From a bacterium (lineage in GTDB: Bacteria; Zhuqueibacterota; Zhuqueibacteria; Oceanimicrobiales; Oceanimicrobiaceae): DNA of 27,453 nucleotides. The stretch is from assembly GCA_046757525.1 (NCBI GenBank), contig JBHHYI010000041.1, positions 1-27,453 of the forward strand, given 5' to 3'. Of the stretch, positions 17,868 to 25,421 are shown piece after piece. The notes under the pieces were generated by a model, which had not been told where the DNA came from, searched no databases, and saw only the letters and a program-made list of their open reading frames with translations. Position numbers and translations under genes: made by a program. The stretch's first letter is position 1. The number at the start of each line of letters is the position of its first letter.

Positions 17868-18047
17868 ACGACTCCTTGCTTGTTCAGAGAATTCCTTGGT
17901 TTAGTTGGTTGTGTTGCGCCTGTATAGTTCTCCCATTTCCAATCCAAGACAAGGAAATTCCATCACTATCAAGAAAGAATCTCCCTGTTTGATGTGCCAT
18001 TCTAAAGTTAGCTCTTGTACTGTCTAACTCAGTTCATTTCTACCTCC

Positions 18048-18326
18048 TTAAGACATTTCTACATCCATGCCGTCAATCACGGCTACAATCACGGCCTGCA
18101 CCGGGATTTCCTCATCCTCTAACAGAAGCCGGGCGGAGCTGCCCTCCTTGTTCACCAACACCAAATCGCCGTCGCCAGCGTCTACTTTGTCTAACGCGAT
18201 CAGCGAGGTCCCGACCGGGGTGTGGCCGTCTAATTCCACAGGCTGCACAAGCAAAAGCTTGTAGCCCTCCAGGTGAGAATTCTTCTGCGTGGAGACCACG
18301 TCTCCCACAACTCTGGAAATAATCAC
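18048..18326 (-). CDS. BMC-P vertex protein (EutN/CcmL family)
   Basis: RVVGDVVSTQK...LEGYKLLLV...IALDKVDAGDGDLVLV..EGSSAR...VIVAVID. Confidence 0.95.
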   Translation of the reverse strand: MIISRVVGDVVSTQKNSHLEGYKLLLVQPVELDGHTPVGTSLIALDKVDAGDGDLVLVNKEGSSARLLLEDEEIPVQAVIVAVIDGMDVEMS

Positions 18327-18339
18327 GGTTTGTGTTCGG

Positions 18340-18600
18340 TTAGGCTGCCCGAGATAGAACGAGATCTTCCAGACTGGAAGTTTCGCGCCATTTGTTTAAC
18401 GTAACTCGGATCACGGGTTGCTCTTTTTCACGGTTTTTCATAGATGTCCTATAACTCCACCTATTATAGTTTTCGTCCCCTCTGATTTGAAAAATAATGA
18501 GGGCATTTGAAGGTATTTGATCAGCTATTTCGGGATGCTCAATTAAGTATTTTTGAAATTCAAAAGCAAACATGGAATTGACTTTGCTGTATGAGTTCAT
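18340..18600 (-). CDS. small hypothetical protein, DUF5647-like
   Basis: EFQKYLIEHPEIADQIPSNALIIF...NREKEQPV pattern recalled from DUF5647. ATGA overlap with the upstream gene. Confidence 0.7.
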   Translation of the reverse strand: MNSYSKVNSMFAFEFQKYLIEHPEIADQIPSNALIIFQIRGDENYNRWSYRTSMKNREKEQPVIRVTLNKWRETSSLEDLVLSRAA

Positions 18601-18905
18601 TTTGCTTGCCTCCTGTATGCCTTAATATATTTTTCCCAATTATTTCCAATATCCCATTCTGCCAGATTTAATGCACTGTTGAAATCTAAGTTCAATGGAA
18701 TCTTTTTAGTAGGCTTCAGGTAATTGTATGAATCAATATGAGCAAATCCGTGAGCAGAGTCATAACGAATTACGGGCCGCCATTTACCTTTGTAAAAAAA
18801 TTCCAGTTGAACAACAAACGACAAGATTTCCCCTTTGTCTGAATTGTGGACATGCCTCTTGCGAACACCATCATCCAAAACTACGACAAACTCGACTTCT
18901 TTCAT
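18597..18905 (-). CDS. small hypothetical protein with RYDxAHG motif (putative toxin-like partner)
   Basis: FVVQLE...WRPVIRYDSAHGFAHID, AT-rich, with a TGATG overlap with the mutase stop. Confidence 0.7.
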   Translation of the reverse strand: MKEVEFVVVLDDGVRKRHVHNSDKGEILSFVVQLEFFYKGKWRPVIRYDSAHGFAHIDSYNYLKPTKKIPLNLDFNSALNLAEWDIGNNWEKYIKAYRRQAK

Positions 18906-20251
18906 CAGTGGCTTAAGTTATGGATGACCTCCCTGCACAGCGCCTCCGAGGCTTCCCGCGTGCTTGCTTCCGCAATGACCCGCATTATGGGTTCGGTGTT
19001 CGATGGCCGAACGTGAATCCACGAATCGGCACGGACGATCTTGACGCCGTCGGTGAAGTCCAGGGTCTCATTTGCGTAAAGTTCTCGCAGCTTTCCCAGG
19101 GCGGCCTCGACATTTAGGTTGCCCAATTCGACCTTGTTCTTGGAAATGACATAGTTCGGCATTTGCGCGTTCAACTGGCTGAGCGTGCCGCCAAACTCCG
19201 CCAGATACTGCAAGGTTAAGGCAATGCCAACGGGCGCATCGCGACCGAGGTGGACGTCGGGCAAAATCACGCCGCCGTTGCCTTCACCGCCGATCACGGC
19301 GCCAATTTCGCGCATTTTTTTTGCCACGTGGATTTCACCAACTTTGGTGCGCGTGACCGTTGCGTGGTACTCCTGCGCAATATCTTCAGTCACCCGCGAG
19401 GTGGAAGCGTTGATCACCACTTTGCCCGGCTTCTTCCCCAAAACGAATTTTACCGCCAGCGCCAAAGTTCTTTCCTCACCTAAAGGCTCGCCTGTTTCCG
19501 ACACCAGGGCCAGTCGGTCTGAATCCGGATCTACGGCAATGCCCAGGTCGGCATTTTCGCGCCTAACCGCCTGGCACAACTCCGACAAGTTTTCGGGCAC
19601 TGGCTCCGGATTCCTGGGAAAAAGTCCTGTTGGTTCGCAGTTCAAACCAATCACCGAACAGCCCAACCTCTCTAACAAAAGTGGAACCAAATTAGCGCCA
19701 GCCCCGCAGACACAATCCAGGACTACTTTGAATTTGCGTTCTTTGATCTTCGCCAAATCTAAATAGCCCAGGCTCAAAATAGCCTCGATGTGTTCTTCGA
19801 TGGACTTGTCGTAGCGAACGACGCCACCAATTTGGTCCCAGGAAGCGTGAGAATACGATTGGCCCCGCGAGATTTCAAGCACCTTTTGGCCCTGCACGGC
19901 ATCCAGAAACAGGCCATCGGCACCGATCAATTTGAGGCCGTTCCACATGATCGGGTTGTGGCTGGCAGTGATCATGATGCCACCCGCGGCGTTCAGCTTT
20001 TCCACCGCCAATTGCGTCGTCGGAGTAGGGCAGACCCCCACGTCGATGATGTCGCAGCCAACGGAGGTCAAACCGGACGACACCGCATTCTTGAGCATCT
20101 CGCCGGTAACCCTGGAGTCGCGTCCCAGCACCACTTTGCCGCCGTTGACGAACGTCCCGAAAGCCTGTGCAAAGTTTAGCGCCACCTCCGGCGTAAAACC
20201 CTGGCCCACGATGCCGCGCACACCAGAAACACTGATCATCACTTTGGACAA
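18905..20251 (-). CDS. alpha-D-phosphohexomutase (GlmM/PMM-PGM family)
   Basis: SVSGVRG, ITASHNP (phospho-Ser), DPDSDR (metal loop), GGEGNGG and RPSNTEP. Confidence 0.92.
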   Translation of the reverse strand: MSKVMISVSGVRGIVGQGFTPEVALNFAQAFGTFVNGGKVVLGRDSRVTGEMLKNAVSSGLTSVGCDIIDVGVCPTPTTQLAVEKLNAAGGIMITASHNPIMWNGLKLIGADGLFLDAVQGQKVLEISRGQSYSHASWDQIGGVVRYDKSIEEHIEAILSLGYLDLAKIKERKFKVVLDCVCGAGANLVPLLLERLGCSVIGLNCEPTGLFPRNPEPVPENLSELCQAVRRENADLGIAVDPDSDRLALVSETGEPLGEERTLALAVKFVLGKKPGKVVINASTSRVTEDIAQEYHATVTRTKVGEIHVAKKMREIGAVIGGEGNGGVILPDVHLGRDAPVGIALTLQYLAEFGGTLSQLNAQMPNYVISKNKVELGNLNVEAALGKLRELYANETLDFTDGVKIVRADSWIHVRPSNTEPIMRVIAEASTREASEALCREVIHNLSH

Positions 20252-20340
20252 TGGTCAACTCCTTTTGGAACAAAATAAGAAATTCTAATCATGATTGCAA
20301 AAAATAAAAGCGTTCAGGACCCATCCAGGGATGCACCGAA

Positions 20341-20943
20341 TCAAATTCGACTCGAGGCCAAACGTCTCTGAATCTGCAGCAGGTCGTTGCGGGTATTGAC
20401 ATTCCAGAGAACGCTCTCCTCCGCAAGCTCCAATTCATAAACCTTTTCCGCGTTCTTGTGAATTAGATCCGCTGCGCTTTGGGAAGACGGCGCAGCGAGA
20501 ATCTCCCGGAACAAGAGCCTGGGAAAGATCGGCGGATGACCGCGTCTGCCCTCGCAGGTGGGGATGACGATGTTTCGTGGCCTTTCGACAAATGCCTGTT
20601 TGATCCTGGCCAGGAGGTCGGCGCCGATTTGTGGCTGGTCGACTAAAGCCAGAAATACCCCAGCGACGGTTTCGTTTAGCTTTTTCAAGCCTGTCTGAAA
20701 AGAGGAAAACTGTCCCAACAGGTAATCCTTATTGACTACGAATTGAGCGGAAGCCAGGTTCACTCGGTCTAAGATCTGATCGGCGGCATGCCCCAGGACC
20801 ACGACCGATTCCGCGACCCCGGCTTGCTCGAGATTTACCAGGACGGTTTCCAAAAAAGTCTTTGGGCCGAATTTGACCAAGGCTTTGGGTTCGGCCATGC
20901 GGACAGAACAGCCCGCCGCTAAAACAATGGCAGCTATTTTCAC
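20341..20943 (-). CDS. MocA-like nucleotidyltransferase family protein
   Basis: IVLAAGCSVRM..PKAL, GQFSSFQTGL, LVDQP, GRRGHPPIF and NVNT. Confidence 0.88.
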   Translation of the reverse strand: MKIAAIVLAAGCSVRMAEPKALVKFGPKTFLETVLVNLEQAGVAESVVVLGHAADQILDRVNLASAQFVVNKDYLLGQFSSFQTGLKKLNETVAGVFLALVDQPQIGADLLARIKQAFVERPRNIVIPTCEGRRGHPPIFPRLLFREILAAPSSQSAADLIHKNAEKVYELELAEESVLWNVNTRNDLLQIQRRLASSRI

Positions 20944-20984
20944 GATTTAGATTGGCCCAGATTGATTCTGAATAGGCAGCGCGA

Positions 20985-21806
20985 CTATTTGGCCACGGCA
21001 GCTTTCTTCTTTGACTTGCCTTCCCATTTCATGGACGGCAGCGATGCAACCTGCCCGCTTTTGGTCGCAATAATCTCGGAAAAAATCGCCACGGCAATTT
21101 CTTCTGGCGTCTGCGCCCCGATTTGGATGCCCATGGGCGAATGAATCTTGCGGATGACTTCTTCCGTGACGCCATCGGCACGCAGCCTTTCAAACGCTTT
21201 GGCAGCCTTGCGTTCGCTGCCGATCATGCCCAAATAGGCCCATTCCTGCCTGGCGCAAAACGAGAGAATCTCCTGATCGAACTGATGGTCGTGGGTAAGA
21301 ATTGCAATGTAGCAGTTTTTGCCAAAAGCAAGCTCTTTGAAGGCCATCTTGTGAAACTTTGCCAGGATGGTGTCGGCCTGCGGCAACTGTTCCCGGTTGG
21401 CAAATTCCGGGCGCTCGTCGACCACCGTGACTTGGAAATCCAGGAACTTGCCCAAGTGACAGAGGGCCGCGCCCGTGTGTCCGGCCCCGAAAATGATCAT
21501 CTCAGGCTTCGACAGAATGGGTTCGATAAAGACTTCCATAGCGCCTCCGCAACACATTCCAAGATCCGAGGTTAAATTATATTTAAAACGTCTGGCCTTG
21601 CGGCAACGAATGGCCTCCAGCGCCTCCTGGATGACCTGAAGCTCAACCGCACCCCCACCGATGGTACCCACGATGGACTCGTCCGCTTTTACGATCATCT
21701 TGGCACCCAATTTACGCGGTGTCGAACCAGCACAGTCGATTACCGTAACCAAAGCGGCACCCGTTTGGCCTCTTTGCAGATTCAGGATTTCTCTGTATAT
21801 TTCCAC
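20985..21806 (-). CDS. xdhC: XdhC/CoxI molybdoenzyme maturation factor
   Basis: GSTPRKLGAKM, GTIGGG, MCCGG, IFGAGH, YLGMIGS and IGAQTPEEIAVAI. Confidence 0.92.
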   Translation of the reverse strand: MEIYREILNLQRGQTGAALVTVIDCAGSTPRKLGAKMIVKADESIVGTIGGGAVELQVIQEALEAIRCRKARRFKYNLTSDLGMCCGGAMEVFIEPILSKPEMIIFGAGHTGAALCHLGKFLDFQVTVVDERPEFANREQLPQADTILAKFHKMAFKELAFGKNCYIAILTHDHQFDQEILSFCARQEWAYLGMIGSERKAAKAFERLRADGVTEEVIRKIHSPMGIQIGAQTPEEIAVAIFSEIIATKSGQVASLPSMKWEGKSKKKAAVAK

Positions 21807-21846
21807 GACGTAATTTCACGGTTAACAAATTATTGCGTAACAAAAA

Positions 21847-21875
21847 AATATAGCCAATAAAGTTGCGAATGTCAA
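21847..21875 (-). promoter_or_regulatory. sigma70-like promoter for the xdhC run
   Basis: Minus strand TTGACA-17 nt-TATATT. Confidence 0.7.
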
Positions 21876-21897
21876 CAAAAACCCTGCCTGTTATTTA

Positions 21898-21926
21898 TTG
21901 ACTTTGCTCATTATTTATTGTATATT
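21898..21926 (+). promoter_or_regulatory. divergent sigma70-like promoter
   Basis: TTGACT-17 nt-TATATT. Confidence 0.65.
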
Positions 21927-22146
21927 TAAGTAAAATATTACGACATTCGTAATGCACCTGTCAAATTGAACGGCTTCTCCTGGTGGGCACTCGTTCTCTG
22001 TTACGCCACCGTCTCGTTTGCGACAACGGCTTTTGCAAATGAAACAACCGATTGATTGTCAAAAGCTAACTCGAAGCCAAGCGCTTGCCCTGTTGAAAAC
22101 ACAGTTACTGATTTAAGGCGAAACATTAAAAACAATCCTGTCTCCC

Positions 22147-23079
22147 ATGAAGAATTCGAAAGCGATGTTGTTGCTCTGCCTCTTGCTCCTTGGTTTTGGA
22201 TCGTTAAATGAGACTAACAAAAACAACGACCTGAAAATAGCCAGAACCATTCGACTGGCCGTGAGAGATGCCGATTCGACGCTCCTGAACGCGAGCTCGT
22301 TAACTCCCTGGCGGGAATACCTAAAGATTTGCGCTTTAAAACTCGATGGACAACTGCAACCGTTAGTGCTCATCAAATTCGATGAAGACGTTGGTTTTCG
22401 AGAGCAGTTAAAGACTATTATAAAGTGGGAAGCCCAATGGCAAAAAAAGGAATCAGAACACTACATCTACTATTTTCGTTGGGACCAGCCTCCACCCGAC
22501 TTCATCGCTGAGATCCAGGAAACGCATTTTAACGAGCTTGCCTCCTTGTTTCAAATAGAGCCGGAAGAAAAGATCCCGTACCGTTACGATCCCAACGCAG
22601 GTGAAAGCACCGTTTTCCCATTCGACGATTTGCGCGGTGGCATCGTTTCACCCCACCCGTTTGACTTGCAAGCCGGTGCCCTGGCGGCGTTGTATCTGAT
22701 TAACTCCGAACCACCTTCGTTGTTGCAACCGTTGGCGCGGATTTATGGAAACTATTTCCAGAATCCGTCCACGGCCAAAGCGTATTTCGATATGTGTCTG
22801 CAGAGAATAGAAAAGCTCGGCTATGTTTCGGCTGCCACGCTTTTCCAGAAACCCGAGTTTGCCGAGTCGCAAACCAGCGAGTGGTACTCCGCCTACGCTT
22901 TTGTCTACCAGATCAACCAACAGTTCGGGCCGCTGAAAATAGCCGAGTTTTTAGGCAAAATGAACTGCAAAATGGAGGTAGCGCAGTTTCAGAGTGATTT
23001 CGAAGAAACCTTTGGGATTGGTCTGTCGGAATTTGAAACGGACCTACTCAAACCGAAAAGCACAGCGACAAAAATGTGA
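22147..23079 (+). CDS. secreted hypothetical protein
   Basis: 310-aa ORF with signal-peptide-like N-terminus MKNSKAMLLLCLLLLGFGS. Confidence 0.75.
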   Translation: MKNSKAMLLLCLLLLGFGSLNETNKNNDLKIARTIRLAVRDADSTLLNASSLTPWREYLKICALKLDGQLQPLVLIKFDEDVGFREQLKTIIKWEAQWQKKESEHYIYYFRWDQPPPDFIAEIQETHFNELASLFQIEPEEKIPYRYDPNAGESTVFPFDDLRGGIVSPHPFDLQAGALAALYLINSEPPSLLQPLARIYGNYFQNPSTAKAYFDMCLQRIEKLGYVSAATLFQKPEFAESQTSEWYSAYAFVYQINQQFGPLKIAEFLGKMNCKMEVAQFQSDFEETFGIGLSEFETDLLKPKSTATKM

Positions 23080-23192
23080 GTGCAGGCACAAAGGATTTGG
23101 CCATTATGATTATTTTTGTTACATTATTGGCTGAGGAGACATCCGAGAAATTGCAGGAGTAAAGACGTTCGTAAATTGAGGATTGAATTACA

Positions 23193-23525
23193 ATGATCAA
23201 AAATGCTCAACGCGTAAAAGAGCTCCTTTCTACTCTTACACGGGCAGAAAAAGCTGAACTGTTGCAATGGGTTGTGCAAGATTTGGGGGATGCTTTCCCT
23301 GGCATTGAAAGCAGCAACGGCGTCTGCGGTGGTGAACCACGCATCGTCCGTACACGCATTCCTGTTTGGCTTCTTGAACAAGCCAGGAGATTAGGAGCAA
23401 GTGACGCAGAGCTATTGCGAAGCTATCCCACACTTCGAGCAGAAGATCTGGCCAACGCCTGGGCCTATGTTCGTTCACATCGCGAGGAGATCAACCAGCA
23501 AATAGAGGATAATGAGGAAGCTTAA
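23193..23525 (+). CDS. DUF433 family antitoxin
   Basis: GVCGGEPRIVRTRIPVWLL...LGASDAELLRSYPTLRAEDLANAWAY. Confidence 0.92.
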   Translation: MIKNAQRVKELLSTLTRAEKAELLQWVVQDLGDAFPGIESSNGVCGGEPRIVRTRIPVWLLEQARRLGASDAELLRSYPTLRAEDLANAWAYVRSHREEINQQIEDNEEA

Positions 23526-23527
23526 CA

Positions 23528-23593
23528 GTGGCGCGTCTCTATTCAAATGAGAACTTTCCCTCCCCCGCTGTCGAAGAACTGCGAAAACTCGGA
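23528..23593 (+). pseudogene. truncated DUF5615-like PIN toxin
   Basis: GTG start 2 nt after DUF433, encoding MARLYSNENFPSPAVEELRKLG. The resemblance then stops and the frame ends at 23686 inside the convergent gene. Confidence 0.75.
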
Positions 23594-23652
23594 GTGGTAA
23601 GCTTTTTAGAATCAATCGTCCTTCAAGATAAAAGACTCAAATCAGGAGACTG

Positions 23653-24462
23653 TCACGAACCAAACAAGTTGGTCCCGATCCAGTAAGTGAAACCCATTTT
23701 GCCCTGATAATTGGTGCGGGAACTCAAGCCGTATCGAAGTCCGGCACCGATTTCTAATTCGACGTTCAGCAACATTCTTTTTCGTAGACTGGACCCGAAT
23801 ATGACTTTTCTAAAATGCATCCAGCGCTTGACTTCGTTGATGAAAACGGTATTTAGATTTGCTGCCCAGGTGAAACCGGATTTTTGCAGCAACGTAAAAT
23901 TCAGTCCTGTGAAGATGCCTTGAAAGAACCCAACGGACATATTCAGACGGGAAGAAAAATCGAAAACATTGACCCCCACTTTCCAGGGACCGGCTTTTTC
24001 GTCCAGGCGCACGCTGTTCCAATAGAATTGGTGCAGGGGGCTGCGGTAGATGCCCGCGCGAGAAGACCCCGGGCCTTTGTAGCCGTCGTGTAATTGATTG
24101 AGATGTTGCCAGGCATCGTCCAGGGTTAAAAGAGGGCTGATGACAAAAAGAAAGCGTAATCCTTTGGGCAAGCTTTCATAAAAATCGCGATGATTGCGTT
24201 TCAAGTAAGCGCCCAGGATTTGCAAACCGAACCCTAAATTCAGATGGTGGTCTAAGCTGTAACGCCTTTCGCCCTCTAAGGAGGGTTCGTATTTCAGCAG
24301 CACATATTGTGCTGACGCCCAGGCCGTACCCGTAAAAGCAAACGCATATTTTGAATAGACTATTTTTTCCAGCGCTTCAAAAGAATCTTGCGCCTGAGCA
24401 CGAAAGGCAGAACCCAAGATGAGAAACCCAAGCATGACCCCCAGGAACAAGTTTCTAATCAT
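23653..24462 (-). CDS. exported hypothetical protein
   Basis: Signal peptide ending AQA-Q; the C-terminal half has amphipathic beta-strand character. Confidence 0.7.
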   Translation of the reverse strand: MIRNLFLGVMLGFLILGSAFRAQAQDSFEALEKIVYSKYAFAFTGTAWASAQYVLLKYEPSLEGERRYSLDHHLNLGFGLQILGAYLKRNHRDFYESLPKGLRFLFVISPLLTLDDAWQHLNQLHDGYKGPGSSRAGIYRSPLHQFYWNSVRLDEKAGPWKVGVNVFDFSSRLNMSVGFFQGIFTGLNFTLLQKSGFTWAANLNTVFINEVKRWMHFRKVIFGSSLRKRMLLNVELEIGAGLRYGLSSRTNYQGKMGFTYWIGTNLFGS

Positions 24463-24580
24463 AAACTTTCAGATCGACTCCATTTGACCAACAGAAATCC
24501 TTTGTCTTAATTGACGGCCTGAATAGGGCAAAACTTAAGCTCAGGACCAAAGTTTTAATTTGAACCAGAGGTAGAGAGCC

Positions 24581-25369
24581 ATGAAAAGAAGAGAGTTTTT
24601 GAAAACCGGGGCGAGCTTAAGCTCGTTCATGCTCGTGAGTGCAAATCCTTTGCGCGTACTTTCAAAATTTGGCGAAGACGACGCAAACCACGCAGAATTC
24701 GCGGTTGGCGATCAGATTCCACCCGAGGTATTTGTGCAGGACAAAAGCTTGCAGCGCCTTTCTCTGCAAGATATTTGTCAGGCTAAAGCAGACGCCAGCG
24801 TGATCTTGCTGTTTATCTACGGGGGCGGCTTTGTTCACAAACCCGAAAGGATCGGCGGCATCTGGTGTGTGGACAGCTTCGAAGACCTGTACATCATTCG
24901 GTATATTAAGAACAAATACGCGCAGGACCCCGTAGACTTCATTCCGGTGGCGTGCCCGCCGCTTTATTCGTCGCACTACTACGGCCTCAAAAAACGCATC
25001 TTTTTGGACGAGCCGGAAGAGTCGCAAGAGTTCCAGGATAGTGCGGACGCCTTCGTTCAAAAGACCGAAGAGGTGATCACGAACAAGTTTTTGCCCATGC
25101 CGACTTACTACGATTTGAGATTTCGCCTGCTCTTCAACCGCAGCGAGGAATGGCGTCCCGGCGAAGGTTACGGCGAAATTTACGATTGGCAAGGAAAGTT
25201 CAGAGCGAATGAGGAAACCCAAAAATATGGCACCCCGACCTTGTGGTTGATCAATTCAGAAGGAGTCATCCTGGAGAAACCTTTTTGGGGCAATCTGTAC
25301 CACAGCGAACCGTTCGAAATCCGATATACCGTTAAAGATGTGGACAAAGCTGTTGCGCGCAATTTGTGA
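24581..25369 (+). CDS. Tat-exported thioredoxin-fold-like protein
   Basis: MKRREFLK twin-arginine motif, VGDQIP, WCVDS and TPTLWLINSEGVI. Confidence 0.7.
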   Translation: MKRREFLKTGASLSSFMLVSANPLRVLSKFGEDDANHAEFAVGDQIPPEVFVQDKSLQRLSLQDICQAKADASVILLFIYGGGFVHKPERIGGIWCVDSFEDLYIIRYIKNKYAQDPVDFIPVACPPLYSSHYYGLKKRIFLDEPEESQEFQDSADAFVQKTEEVITNKFLPMPTYYDLRFRLLFNRSEEWRPGEGYGEIYDWQGKFRANEETQKYGTPTLWLINSEGVILEKPFWGNLYHSEPFEIRYTVKDVDKAVARNL

Positions 25370-25421
25370 CGCGCTGTAGGTACCACAGCTCAATCTCGAC
25401 ATTGAATCATGGGAGGAAAAA

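Noticed and set aside
10920..18326. Ethanolamine, propanediol or carboxysome assignment for the shell genes
   Set aside because: There is no eutBC, pduCDE, glycyl-radical enzyme or RuBisCO in the window. The only cargo-like enzyme is DeoC.
21966..22055. Short signal-peptide-like frame (LNGFSWWALVLCYATVSFATTAFANETTD)
   Set aside because: Under 30 codons, no RBS, and an early stop. It could be a gene remnant but cannot be supported.
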